DNA of 59,289 nucleotides, counting the filler, from Dimargaris cristalligena (lineage: Eukaryota), in NCBI GenBank assembly GCA_003614675.1. It is 8 parts of 8 records of this genome, joined end to end, with 100 filler letters (N's around TTAATTAATTAA, not from the genome) between each part and the next. Parts side by side here need not be neighbours in the genome. Positions count along the whole stretch, not along the records: positions 37,169 to 44,480 come from ML003428.1; positions 44,581 to 51,888 come from ML003429.1; 6 more parts are not named here. The stretch is one strand, 5' to 3'. The translations under genes and the position numbers were made by a program. The notes beneath the pieces were generated by a model that saw nothing but the letters and a program-made list of their open reading frames with translations, made no database searches and had not been told where the DNA came from. Positions 37,069 through 49,688 of the stretch are shown piece by piece (the stretch's first letter is position 1; the number at the start of each line of letters is the position of its first letter).

Positions 37069-37168
37069 NNNNNNNNNNNNNNNNNNNNNNNNNNNNNNNN
37101 NNNNNNNNNNNNTTAATTAATTAANNNNNNNNNNNNNNNNNNNNNNNNNNNNNNNNNNNNNNNNNNNN
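37069..37168. other. Artificial contig linker
   Basis: N44-TTAATTAATTAA-N44. Confidence 0.99.
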
Positions 37169-37760
37169 GGCGTTCGCCCGATTCGCCCCTCTCCAGAATA
37201 TTGTATGCGGCGGTTTGGCAGGTGCGATAAGTAAAACCATTGTGTTTCCGCTGGACGTGGTACGCAAACGATTACAGGTACGTCACAATAGCAAGTTGGC
37301 ATCATCCAACGAATGGTTTTAATTTATACGTAGCTGCTTATAATACGCAAGTCGCACAATTCTATGCTACTACCTGGCGTGTCCAATTGGTCTTGTTTTT
37401 CGATGCCTTTGTTGAACGTCTCCATGTACGTACAACTAACTGGGTTTACAAACCCCCTCCCCATTGTTTTCCCCCATCCCCTCATCGGGTATACTGTAAT
37501 GTTTGGTTTCCGAACAATTGCAGGTCCAAGGACCCTCTAGAGCGTACTTTGGTCGCGACCCCGTTCCGGTTTATGAGTCGTCCGTCTGGCGCACCCTAAA
37601 GCAAATCGCCCGGCAGGAGGGGGTGGGTGGTTTATACCGGGGTATCGTTCCCGGCCTACTCAAATCCGCCCCCGCTTCAGCGGCCACATTCTTTATTTAT
37701 ACTGAAATGACCAAACAATGTGAATTATTTAATCTTCGGACGTCACGGCCCAGCTATTGA
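37169..37760 (+). CDS. TPC1: Mitochondrial carrier (SLC25), thiamine pyrophosphate carrier-like, 3' part; exons <37169-37277 and 37524-37760
   Basis: [27 protein letters not shown] carries the PxDxxK/R signature; [25 protein letters not shown] follows. Confidence 0.8.
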
Positions 37761-38922
37761 TTGTTATTTTTTTTAAAAAAAAAAATCATATCCAGTCTGA
37801 AGAAGTTCGGTATAGTCTTTTTAGGGATTTATGTATTTTATTATCGCCTCGCTGTATATGTTGCAGGAATAAGATAGGGGCAGGTCGTTGCGGATGTCAT
37901 GGTGGTCTTCAATGAGGGGGTTAGACCAGGGTCTCCTTTAAATAAATATAGTAGGTTTAGTAAAGGCGGGTAATACCAATGGAAACCAACCTAGCCGGCG
38001 GTTAGAGAATACCACAAGTATTCGAGCGGGTTAGTGATGGTTGAGCTGTGAGGGGTATTTCGAGACGACATTGCGGGGGGCATCAGATCCATAAAGAAGT
38101 CAGTAATATAGTAGTGGAAATATGATGGGTCCTTGATAGTGGGTGGAAATGAAAGTACTGTTGACTCAAGCAGGCATCGCGTTTTATTCCTGCGACAGTA
38201 ATTAATACGTTTCCGTGGAGAGGCATAACGGCCCGCTTTGTCCACTCATACTGGTATAATAGGGGGGTATTCTAGAATATAATTAACAAGATGGTTATGG
38301 ATGGGATAAGTTTAGCCCTTATGTGCTGCCAGGATAAGACAATTCCGGCGAGCCCCCGCCCCCTGATGACCCCCCCCCCTATACGCAGTCATGGTGGGGT
38401 AGGGTCAGCACCCATTCTACGATTTCTAAAATGGTTATTTATATTGTGAAATGCAACCAGGGGTCGTGGGGGGGAGTGCCCGGGCGAGCAGTGGGTGCCC
38501 TTACTGGTAATGTATTAATATATCCCTAATTAAGAAACCATTTGAAAATGGGTAGTAATTGATTACACCACCTAGTCTGATTTAAGTACGCTTCTACCTA
38601 GGCTATTTTCGCTGGAGCAGTTTGAGGGGTAGTAATTGGCCAGGAATGGAACATTAGTGGCACGGTGGACAGTGGAGGGTGGTATTAGTAATCGAGGGGC
38701 GTCTTAATTCCTCTCCGTTGCCGATTGTTGGATGGTGGAGATCTCGGCGTGGTAGAGTCGGGATTTAATAATACGCCTGAATGCATGGCGCACCCGCATG
38801 CCAAAAGACACTTGTTCAGGTGGTCTACGCGCATCGTTTGGGAAAGACACCATTGTTGTTTGGGCAATAATGGCCTTACCTTCACCACGATGAGCTATTT
38901 TTAGTTGAATTACGTTGTATAT

Positions 38923-39063
38923 GGGAGTAATTCAACAGGGATGTATAACGAAAAATCCATTTGATGAGGCAAGTAAAGTACTACTGGTTGAAAATAAACA
39001 TCCCACCGATTTTCCCATACACATATCGTTTAAAACCTTATACAACCAAGCTGAACTTCACCC
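38923..39063 (+). mobile_element. ~140-bp MITE-like element
   Basis: ATAT-GGGAGTAATTCAAC...GCTGAACTTCACCC-ATAT with imperfect TIRs; highly similar to 56239-56374. Confidence 0.75.
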
Positions 39064-41009
39064 ATATGGTACCATCGTATTTGGTTAGAGGACTTGATTT
39101 GGCTGACAATCACTTTAAGGGTAGCTGCCTAACCACCTTTGTTAAATCAATGTTGTGGCGGATGTATTGCCAAATACCAGGTAGCTGAAGTAAACCGGTA
39201 CATTCTATTTATACCATACATTGCATTTATTGTGTGGTTAGAAACCGGTGTCCCAGCGAATAGGAGGGGGAGCACCGGGGAAAGGACAAGTCCGATAGTC
39301 AACAGTTCATCAGTACGGGGTACAATATCATTAGTTACAAGTAGGATAAATGTAATTACAAGGGGGGAGACCCTTGGAGTAGAGTGGCACAGGGTCAGTC
39401 CGTTGGCTATTCTCCACAACTTTGCAGTAACAGTCATTTGAATGATTGTATTCATTCACACCTGGATAAATTTAGCCCTCCTAAGATGATGTCTAAGCAA
39501 ACCGGTTTTTTAATATCCCATCTTCTACGGATGATGGAAATCGCAGATATCCGCGTCATTTACAGGTCCATTACTAGATTATAGGGTACGTGCCTTCTAC
39601 TCCCTTCGTATTGGAACGGGTATTGTACATCCTTCAAACAACTGGCCTGTCGTCACGGGCGGCCTTAACTTCCGCCCTCAAAGCTATCTCGGACATACAC
39701 TTCCGCGCCGCTCCATGGAACTTTATTATATTAACGAGGGTGAAGGACTGTAGAGCGGTGTATTCGTATCCCAATGAGACTATGCGGTCGAAGAATGGTT
39801 TCGAGCCGTATAGATGAGGCGACGAGAAGCTCGAGCCGACGGAAGTATATGGGTTCTACTGCTGCAGAATGGCCTTTGCCCATATCTCTAGACGATATTA
39901 TAAGCTATTGCAGGATATGGGAAGACCGTCCATTTACCCTACGCCTGAGTCGATTAATTCACCCCCCGGGTTCCCAATCTGTTAGGGATGCAAGTCTAAG
40001 TCAGCTACTTCGGCGTTTGGGGGTGACGCTCGTATCTTCCAGGGGCCATGGGTCAGGGGAATATCCTATACAAGAAGATTGGCTCGATTCTCTCAAATCA
40101 CTCGGTTGCCCCGGATTTGGTGCAGGAAGATGCAGCAGGGTGCACAGATTGCCCGTTTGGGGGGCGTGAGGGATATCGAATACCTCAATCTCCCACCGGG
40201 AGGTTGCGCACTTTATTCTATTCTAGTATTGTTAGATGTAAAAGGGCCGAATAATGCTCACGGCGAGGCGCTAGACTAAGCAAAGGTAAACAATGGCCGG
40301 TTAGCGGAAACACCAGTAGGGAAGAAATGAGCAGAGCACGCATTTCCGGCCAATCAAAGCCAAGGTCGGTGGCAGTAACGGTCACGGAAGGTACCGCCCA
40401 GGGTACATTGGGAAGGCCGAATCAAACGGCGTAGCTAAACGGGTTGACTCTATGTGGGAGTATTCAATAGCAATGAAGGGGGATGGCATAGGCACGTTAT
40501 GGTGCCTCTAGGATTCCTGAGGGAAATGCAGCCGGTCAGGAGGACCGCTAGTTGGGTACTGACGACATGCACATAACCACCCCCCGTCTATTCATCCTTG
40601 CTGGGGAGATTATACACTGCTGTCGCCGCAATCCTCGCAGGCGTGGCGCTCATGTATATAAAAGGGCGAAGGGGGAAGGGCACGATCAACTTTCCCCTTG
40701 CTAAACCCCGTCTCCCTGATTGCCGTCGAGTTTACTTATTCCTGCAACTACCCTTCCCTCCTTCATTTCCTCGTTTGCCCGCCATTACACTCTATACCTC
40801 CCTGGTTACTTGAAATATAACCAAATCCTCCGCTTCGGAGACCCGCACCGCCTTTTCTACTCGTTATTCACTACTCCTGCGATAATTTTGTCCAATTCTC
40901 TGGTACTCGGCGGCCGTTTCTACCCGCTACCCTCTATATCATCGGATATTCACAATTTTGCCTTGACCTTCCCTCTCCCTACTTGTACAGCTCCCAATTC
41001 CCCTTCGAT

Positions 41010-44000
41010 ATGACCCCCTCCACTGAACTATCCCCGACCACGGTCCTCGGCTACCACCGCCTGATCGCTGAGGGTTACCAAGACTACGAGGCCCTCCCGC
41101 TTTTCAAACCGGATAACCCCCAATCCGGTATTTTCGGCGTATCCCATCCACTGTCGACCATGCTCGACACTTCTGCCGCCCAACTGGACCCGTCCCTGTC
41201 GCTGGACGTGATCCTACACGCCGCTTGGGTGGTTCTGCTGGCCCGCTATAGTGAGACCCCGGCTGTAGTAGTGGGTACAATCCGAGCCGATCCAGCCGAT
41301 GGCCCCCTCGAAAAGGCCGCCGGCCGAGTGGCCGCTCTGGTCCATCGCTACGAGCCCGACATGCCCGTATCGGCCTGGCTGGCCACTATTCGGGCCGCCC
41401 TGGATTCGGATGAATCCCAGGTAGATTCGGCCCAGCCGGATCCCAGCATTGATAGGCCAGCCCAACACGCTCTGTTCGAGTCAGCCATCGTTACCCAACC
41501 TTTGGGCCCGGCTATGTGTAAATCGCAGTCACTTCTTGTGGAGGATGATGCCGACGCTCCTTCCATATATGGTCCGGTCGATCTCGTCCAAGAGTATTCC
41601 TGGGGCCAGGTGGCTGAAGCGCTGGCTCATCATCATCAAGTGACACTGTTGGTTTCCCTGAGAAAGGGTGACCCTGAGGGGACTTCCCCATACCTCCGAT
41701 TACACTTTGACGGCCGCACGGTGGCCACCCAGGCCGCCCAGCAATTGGCCATTCAGCTGGGTACTCTGATGGAGCACCTGATTCGGGTGTCGGCTGACCC
41801 GGCCGAAGAAGCTGTAACTCTGGCGGAGCTGCAGTGGCTCGCCCCTAACCAACGCGAGGCGATTATCCATAAATTAAGCCAATCGCCCGACCCCACCGTT
41901 GCGCCATTTGTGCCAGTGGCCCACAAAGTAGCGGAGTTCGCCCGCTCCCACCCCACTCAGGCCGCCCAACTGTACCAGGGCAACGCCCAGTCCTTCGCCG
42001 AGCTCAACCACTGGGCCAACGTGGTGGCCCATTGCCTCCGCACCCAACACAGCATTGGCCCGGAAGACCGGGTGGCCCTCTTCGTCGAAAAGTCCACAAT
42101 AGTGGTGGTGGGCATGCTGGGTATCCTAAAGGCCGGGGCCGCTTTCATTCCTATCGATACCCAATTCCCAGCGGACCGGGTGGAGTATATTCTCCAAGAC
42201 AGTGCGGCGCAGGTAGTGCTCACTACCCGCTTATCCGCACCGGCCTTGGATTCCCTCCATGCGGAGGGGTCTACTTTGGTGTTCATTGACGAGCTGCCCG
42301 ATATTTCGCTAAGCTCAGAAACCGGCGAGCTCTACCCGGATCCTTCTGAAGAACCAGCCCCCGACCATTTGGCTTACATGATCTACACATCCGGCACCAC
42401 GGGCCGCCCCAAGGGGGTTCTGGTTGAACACGCCGGGTTGGCTAGCGTGGTAACCGTGCCCGAGCGGCGCGACCACATCGAGCCGGGGGTCTGTGTTTTC
42501 CAGTCCTTCTCGATTGCGTTTGACGCATTCCTGTACGAGGCATTCGTCACCCTATGTAACGGAGGCACCCTGGTCCTCCCTGGCGAGGACCCGCTGGCCG
42601 ACTTGGCTCAGGCCCATATTTTGACCGCTACCCCGTCTTTTTTGGCCATGGTGGACCCGGACCAATTCCCGCATCTTCGCCAGATTATCAGCGTGGGGGA
42701 AGCCTGTCCGCCTGGCCTCCGGGCCCGTTGGGTCGGTCGCTGCTTCATGGGCAACGGTTATGGGCCAACCGAAGCCACCGTCTTTACCCACTTCGATATT
42801 CTGGAGGAATCCAACCCCATCACCATTGGACGACCGGTTCGAGGCGTCACCTCTTACCTAGTAGACCACCAGCGCCAACTGGTTCCCCTGGGCGTGGTGG
42901 GGGAGCTGTTAATCGGCGGGGTAGGTGTGGCACGGGGTTACAATAACCTGCCCGAACAAAGTGAGAGCAAATTTATCACCAACCCGTTTGGCCCCGGGCG
43001 GGTTTACTGCACGGGCGATTTGGCACGCTGGCTACCCAACGGCCGCCTGGAATTCATTGGGCGAGTAGACCACCAGGTGAAACTTAACGGCTTCCGTATC
43101 GAGTTGGGCGAAATCGAAGCCCAGCTGGGTGGCTATCCGGGGGTTCAGCAGGCCGCGGTCATTGTGCAATCCGATCGCCTGGTCGGGTACTATAGCCCGG
43201 CCTCTATCGAGGTGGAGTCTATTAGAACCCACTTGAAAAAGACCCTACCCCGCTACATGGTGCCCACCTATCTGGTGCCCGTGGTGGTCTTTGCCCTAAC
43301 CAGCAGTGCTAAGATTGATCGCCGCCGGTTACCGCCCGTACCCGAGCTCCAGGCTGCTGTCCCCGAAGAGGGCCCGGAGCCAGGTGCTAAGAGTAAATAT
43401 AACCCCAAAACACCCGAGGAAGCCACCCTGCGCCAGGTGTGGGCCCAGGTCCTGCGCCGACCCATTCACCACATTAGCCCCACGGACCACTTCTTCCAGA
43501 TTGGGGGTGATTCTATTGTGGCTATTCTCGCCGTCGCGCAGTGTCGCCAGCATGGCTATAAACTCACTGTACCCCTTATCTTCGATCACCCAACTCTGGT
43601 GCGCATGGCCCGCCAGCTGGTGCCCCTGGCCTCGCTGGCTGAAATGGCTGTCGTAGCGTACCCCCAAGGGCCAGTGGAGGGGCCCATTGCCCTTACTCCT
43701 ATCCAGCGCTGGTTCTTTAACTGGCCCGTTCAGCATCGGGACCATTTCAACCAGTCCTTTAACCTGTCCGTTCACCATGAGTTGGATCCCCAGCTCCTTT
43801 CCCATGCCCTGACGCGGTTAGCCGAGCACCACGATATTCTCCGTTGTCGTTACCGTCAGGGGTCCGAGGGGTGGGAACAGTCGATTCCGCCATTGGCCGA
43901 CGATCCGGACCAGTGGGTGCACTTCATCTCTGAGGACAATATCAATTCCGCCGGGGTAGTGACCTGCCTGCAGTCTCTCGCGACCGGCATCACCATCGAT

Positions 44001-44480
44001 AACGGTCCCCTCTGGGCAGTTGCCCTCCTGGCGTCATCCGAGCCGACGGACCATACCTGGGCGCATGTTACTGTGCACCACTTAGTGATTGACCTGGTGT
44101 CGTGGCGTATCCTAATTGAGGACCTTAATACGCTATTATCGGGCGGTAGTTTGCCGGAGAAGACCCTCTCTTTCCAACAATGGGCCTCCGCCCTTGGGGA
44201 TCACGCTGGCCAGCTACGGGCCGATGAATGGCCTGACCAGCACTTCTCCCCCACCGACTACGTCCCATCCCCCCTTACGGGTGAACTTCATACCTCCGCC
44301 TACGAGCGCCGATCCATTGCCTGCACCCTATCGACCCATGTCACTGGGCCTCTCACCGGTGCACTGACCCGTCAGTGGCGGGTTACCACGCGGGACATGG
44401 TGCTAGCTGCCTTTGCCCTGGCCTACTGCCAAGTCTTTCATGTTACCTCGCTCGCTCTCCATATGGAAGGCCACGGATGA
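41010..44480 (+). CDS. Non-ribosomal peptide synthetase, intronless: partial C-like, adenylation, PCP, epimerisation domain (ends at contig edge)
   Basis: A motifs AYMIYTSGTTGRPKGV, FDAF, NGYGPTE, GELLIGG.GVARGY, Y.TGDL, GRVDHQVKLNGFRIELGEIE; PCP FFQIGGDSI; E motifs LTPIQRWF, HHLVIDLVSWRIL, MEGHG. Confidence 0.95.
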   Translation: MTPSTELSPTTVLGYHRLIAEGYQDYEALPLFKPDNPQSGIFGVSHPLSTMLDTSAAQLDPSLSLDVILHAAWVVLLARYSETPAVVVGTIRADPADGPLEKAAGRVAALVHRYEPDMPVSAWLATIRAALDSDESQVDSAQPDPSIDRPAQHALFESAIVTQPLGPAMCKSQSLLVEDDADAPSIYGPVDLVQEYSWGQVAEALAHHHQVTLLVSLRKGDPEGTSPYLRLHFDGRTVATQAAQQLAIQLGTLMEHLIRVSADPAEEAVTLAELQWLAPNQREAIIHKLSQSPDPTVAPFVPVAHKVAEFARSHPTQAAQLYQGNAQSFAELNHWANVVAHCLRTQHSIGPEDRVALFVEKSTIVVVGMLGILKAGAAFIPIDTQFPADRVEYILQDSAAQVVLTTRLSAPALDSLHAEGSTLVFIDELPDISLSSETGELYPDPSEEPAPDHLAYMIYTSGTTGRPKGVLVEHAGLASVVTVPERRDHIEPGVCVFQSFSIAFDAFLYEAFVTLCNGGTLVLPGEDPLADLAQAHILTATPSFLAMVDPDQFPHLRQIISVGEACPPGLRARWVGRCFMGNGYGPTEATVFTHFDILEESNPITIGRPVRGVTSYLVDHQRQLVPLGVVGELLIGGVGVARGYNNLPEQSESKFITNPFGPGRVYCTGDLARWLPNGRLEFIGRVDHQVKLNGFRIELGEIEAQLGGYPGVQQAAVIVQSDRLVGYYSPASIEVESIRTHLKKTLPRYMVPTYLVPVVVFALTSSAKIDRRRLPPVPELQAAVPEEGPEPGAKSKYNPKTPEEATLRQVWAQVLRRPIHHISPTDHFFQIGGDSIVAILAVAQCRQHGYKLTVPLIFDHPTLVRMARQLVPLASLAEMAVVAYPQGPVEGPIALTPIQRWFFNWPVQHRDHFNQSFNLSVHHELDPQLLSHALTRLAEHHDILRCRYRQGSEGWEQSIPPLADDPDQWVHFISEDNINSAGVVTCLQSLATGITIDNGPLWAVALLASSEPTDHTWAHVTVHHLVIDLVSWRILIEDLNTLLSGGSLPEKTLSFQQWASALGDHAGQLRADEWPDQHFSPTDYVPSPLTGELHTSAYERRSIACTLSTHVTGPLTGALTRQWRVTTRDMVLAAFALAYCQVFHVTSLALHMEGHG

Positions 44481-44580
44481 NNNNNNNNNNNNNNNNNNNN
44501 NNNNNNNNNNNNNNNNNNNNNNNNTTAATTAATTAANNNNNNNNNNNNNNNNNNNNNNNNNNNNNNNNNNNNNNNNNNNN
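44481..44580. other. Artificial contig linker
   Basis: N44-TTAATTAATTAA-N44. Confidence 0.99.
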
Positions 44581-45833
44581 ACTGACTGCCATGGTTTCTT
44601 TACTGATATCTTCCACCATCAACCAGTTTATACCAGGGAATGTTCATAATACTGTTAATAGCCTCGCCCCAACCGGTGGTCACTGTTTCCAAGTGTTGCC
44701 ATCTAATATTGACAGTGGAAAATTAGTCTGTGGCGGCCCTTTTTCTTGCGGTATATTGGGTGGATATATTTATATTTTACGTGTCCAAATCTCATTAACT
44801 TATCTATAACCAATACAATCTAAACCATTTACTGTTAGACAAAATCCTGCCTATATTAGGTGTAAGCTATTGCCAGAGATAAAACTAGTAAACAGACCAT
44901 CGGGATGCAATCACTCATACAAGAAGGAATGTCGTCACTGGATTATATTCACTAAGTGTCTGTTGCATTTACAGTCATGGCAGGGCTTGACTCCAGTCAC
45001 TAAAGCAACCCAAATCCATTGGAGTCCACCGGCACAGCTGAGACTATAGTCCCAGTCACTATGCCAGATAATCAGAGTGTCTTACAGCCACTCTTGACCC
45101 GACCAATGACTCCTCGCTAAAAACTTACACTGATACTATAGTTGGTTAATGGTTAGCTCATGTATATGTAATGCTGGGAGCTCCTAAATATGACATGCCA
45201 GGCTAGTAAAGATGCGCGGTGGACGCACTGCCTATCTGAGGCTGCTTTGACACCTTGTTGGGGGGGTCCCAACATGAAAGGTTTTGGGATGTTCAGGGAC
45301 GCGTATTGGGTGGTCTTGGAGGCGCTGGAACTCATGGTGGAGTTTCAATGGGGACGTAGGAAACAAGGAAATGGAATTGTTGAAAGGCCCTAAATAATAC
45401 TAGCAAAAATAGTGGTTTATTGAAAAATGAATGGTTTCTGTCAGACCATCTAATATGCCTTAATCCTATGGGCTTAGATGTCTGACCATATTAGGCCATA
45501 TCGCACCATATGAGTCTTCCCATGGTACATCCAGTACCATGGGACTATCCTTATCATATAACCTTTCCCCTTCCAGACTCTACCTCTTCACACTAACCAC
45601 TCAAGTGCTGATCCACAGAGTCTTCTGGTTACTAAGTATTCTGGATACTTGTGACTATTTAGTTTATCTATTTATCTATACCTTCGTTCAGTAGTATCTT
45701 TCCCTATGGACCTCCCTCTGGAGTTATCCTGGCATATATATAACTAGGCCCCGTTTAGACTAGTTAGTTTCCTTAGCTTATTCTTATCCACTAGTTTATC
45801 CCAATAAACTCTATATATGCTCACCCCCCTTGT

Positions 45834-46093
45834 TGTTGGAAATTAATTTCTCCCGCCCCTCCAAATCCTTTACTCTGATTGGTCCGTCCTAATACCCAGG
45901 ACTATTTTCTATCTATAATTATATCACCCTATACTCGGAACAACGTTTTTATCATGATTACTACTATTTCCAATACAATAAAACCAACCACGGGCATCTA
46001 GCTTTGCCCCTTGCGGCTCTTTCTCTATTCTTTAAATCTTTATAGTTGTAATTGAAGGTATTTGCATTTACCATCATATTTATATTTCCAACA
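45834..46093. mobile_element. Solo LTR, 260 bp, copia-like termini
   Basis: Starts TGTTGGAAAT, ends ATTTCCAACA; 5-bp TSD CTTGT on both sides; absent from the 7575-8095 copy. Confidence 0.9.
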
Positions 46094-46191
46094 CTTGTAC
46101 TGACCAGTAAGCATACTCACTGCATATCCCTTGCATATCCCAATTGCTTAACCTGTATTGGTTAGTTTATGTGCCCCATACCTGATACTAA

Positions 46192-46746
46192 TGCAACCGC
46201 GAGAGGAGGCCAACCACCCAGAGACTATGGGGACGTTAGGCCCCCCCAGCGAAGATGCCCCGCCCAATAGGTGATGACCAGTTACTAACCAAATTGACTA
46301 CCTAACCGAACCCGGGGTATGAAACAAAATAGAATAGGCATAATCCCCGACTCCTCATATCTTAATAAAATAATACTTTAAATGAACTGCATTCTTATAC
46401 TTTCCCTACTCGGACACATTAGTAGTAAGATCAGCCCCCCTCGGCCTAACTGTGACACTAGTGCAACCATTAAATCAAGGGATCCTCAGAGCCCCTGACA
46501 CCCCATGTGACTCCCCCTATCCGGATCCCCAGTCCAATGTAGTGTGTGTAATAGCCAACTCAACTGAGCCAGAGAGACCAACTGAGAACATATAAAACCA
46601 GTCTATCCAACCGGAAAGTCTGGGTTCAACATAATTTAATAAAATCATAATTTATACTTTACTCGTTAGTCTGTTTACTCTCCCCACTCGGAACTCCACC
46701 TACGGTAACCCACCCCTCTGGCCCTACCTGGTCATATTCAGTTATA
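46192..46746. mobile_element. Probable solo LTR, 555 bp, gypsy-like and mutated
   Basis: Termini TGCAACCG...CAGTTATA (a decayed TGTAACCG...CGGTTACA); flanks CTAA/CTAG versus a single CTAG in the empty copy; internal TATAAA and AATAAA. Confidence 0.65.
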
Positions 46747-49688
46747 CTAGTAGCCCACTTAGCTAAGCCTAAGCCCCACCTACCATTAGATGCCTATCCC
46801 CGGGACTCTTGATGGACTAAGAGTGGTAAACCTGGGTGATACCCATAACTACCATTAATTAAATTACATCATTTTTCACCATATCAAATATTATGTAATT
46901 GCAGCTATCTCATTCATCTAGATTCAAACATGCCCACCAGTTAGGGCCCTATAATTAAATAATTTTCTAACAATATTAACAAAATCAATCATCCTTAGCA
47001 TTTCCCGCCTCAAAACTAATTTATAACCCAATTAGTGTTAATACAGCTTCCTTCACTTCCTTTTAATGAAACGCCATGTCTATGGTAACAACAAGAAGGG
47101 AGGGCAGTGAAGAGGTTGGAGTGATATTAAATCACCTCAAGTGGGACATGGGGTATGGTTTCGAATTAGCTACTAGACTAAAAGTATTACCCATATTGGT
47201 AGCAAAGCTATCATGGTGTCTAGGAGTTCTCTCCATGGCAAGAATGCTGAAGATAGTATATATAATCCGGTTCAGCAGAAGAGGCCACCACGCCGTTTCG
47301 AAGAGCCCTCTAGGGTAGTATGCGGACGTAGCAGCCCTAGGCCAACCTTAACACCAAAATGGCGGAAGCTAACTGAGCGAAGGAGGAGAGAGGGGAATGG
47401 CATTTGCTGCTAATAGCCGCTAATCAATATAGTCTATTGAGAAATATGGGGATATGTGTATTTTCTACTGAGTGAGCCGCCGAGGTTTTGGCTGCAATGA
47501 TTGTCACGTTGATTGTTTAAATGAGGCTCATCATATGGCTTGGATGTGCCGGCTTAGAGAATTATGCCGAGACGTCTTAAACTGTCCGTTCACGCGCAGC
47601 TTGTATCGGGTAGGGCCTAGTACCAATCGGAAGAGATTGCCGAATTGGTCAATTGAAACGGGATGGGTATCCGAATGCACAATTAAACACCAGATATATC
47701 TAGAAATTGACTGATAGTGACCATAAGCTGATCTACTTCACAAGTGTCCGGACTTGCTGGTTGCACTTGTGATACACCACCGCGTGGTTTAGAGGGAGGG
47801 AACTCAGCTTCGAGACGGTCTTGGGAAGGCCATGGCGCATGTAGTCGCGACTCGGGTAATGGCTATTAGAGCAGCTATACATATAGGTTAATGCTGTCCT
47901 CCAACAAAGTTAGAAACTGTATTCCCATTGCACACTCATTTTAGCCGTTTGTGCAACTATGGGCCTGATAAAGAGAAACACCCCCTCCGTTTTCTAGCAT
48001 AGTTGCATGAATACCTAATGTAGACGTCTGAGCAGTGATGGAGTACATAAGCGCGAATAAAAGCGGTCATGCCGTCTCTTTCCAAGAAAACATTAGGAGA
48101 GAACGCCTAGCACACTTGGAAGCGATTGTACTAAATGACAGTCAGCCGACTGCTCTCCGTTCCCCCGGCACCTCTTAATTGTAGACGCCACGCTGCTGGG
48201 GTCTATGTATTAGTATTATATACGTCAAAACACCACACATACCTTGAACTATTCTTTACGTAGATACTGCTGAACTGGTTTTCAAAATCAGCAGATTCAA
48301 GAAATACCTAGGCAAAAGACGGGTCTGGTCTTAAGTATAAATAAAACTACACTAGTTGTGTTGGCCATAGCTCATTAGCATGGTCCAACAACACACGCGT
48401 TGGAGTTCTACGGGCCCTCTTGGAACTCCTGATTACATTCGGCCATCTGGTAGTACCGATTGGGTTGATTTTCCTACCTGTGTACCGGTCTAGAATTGGC
48501 ATTGGCTATTTGCAGTGTATAGTATTGGGCATTGTCGAATTAATAATTATGATCACAATAAAGTTATTCATTAAGGCGGCAGGGAAGAGGCCATTTTCGC
48601 ATCAAGGTCCATTCGGCATCACTTCTTCTTTGGTTTGGGTAACTGCCCGCGTGCCTACAATGTTGTGCTGCCATGTGCCTCTCAAAATGTTTCAGGTTCC
48701 TCCCACTAATAACAGGCAGATGGCAGACATCCATTCCCAATCCAAATTGTTATCCGTGTAAATCACTCGCGAGTATTCCCCGATTAAGCCGGTGTCACCC
48801 ACAAACTCGCCGTATTAGACTAGAGAAACATGCATTTCAACTATTTTCTCTTTTATTTCTCCCCAATCGATTTCGAACTAAAAATTTCAACTCGTTAAAA
48901 GACCTCAGACATTTAGGCGGATTGGGGCTTACATGGCCAAGCACCTAGATCAAAATTAGTCATTAAATTATATCTAGTGCATATTACTAATTCACGGGCC
49001 CCAAGCGACTCGGCCTGTGGATGTATTTCTTTGACATTATTACTACTAGAGGTCTGTATATATTACACTTTGGTTGACCATTATCGTATGGTTCCGGAAT
49101 CTGGAATATCTGCAGTAAAAATCAACAAACAAAACCCCAAAGATACTCACTTCATTTGAGCATCCGAACTCAAAACCCCCATATTTACCAACTAGACTCG
49201 TCACTACTAGTGGCCTACTAACGGTTGTCTTCGGAATTACTAACGGACTCTATGCCATCCACCTACAAAAGCCGAAACATGGTGTACCAATAGAGGTAAC
49301 ACATTCCATTGTACTAGTGTATACTGGCGTGCCGACACTGGTGGAGTGCCATTAAAAAGGCCAAAATCAACATAATATTTATACAATTCGTTTTAAAAAA
49401 CATATTATGTTAATATAGGGGAAAGAAAAATTTTTCCGTAAAAATATTACTTTCCCCGAAGTAGAAAGGAAAAATTTTCATGCCAAAATTGTTTTCTCTA
49501 TCTTTCTCCTTCTTTTATTCCTTTGAATAAAAGTTAGGTAGTGATCGTTTTATTATTTACAGGTCTATACCACCAAAAACTCTTATTTATCCTTTCTTTA
49601 TCCCCTCAATACCCAAACGTGTTTTCCTTTGTATTGTCTTATCTAAAACTCCCCCTTTCGCCCTACCCCTCGTGGCTTCTAGTTTATT

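Larger units (their letters stand above)
45500..46845. repeat. Decayed interspersed repeat (homologue of 7575-8095) interrupted by two insertions
   Basis: Colinear with the contig-2 copy except for inserts at 45834-46093 and 46192-46746. Confidence 0.8.

Noticed and set aside
44581-45400. Possible decayed transposon coding sequence
   Set aside because: CpG-poor, but I could not recover any diagnostic protein motif.
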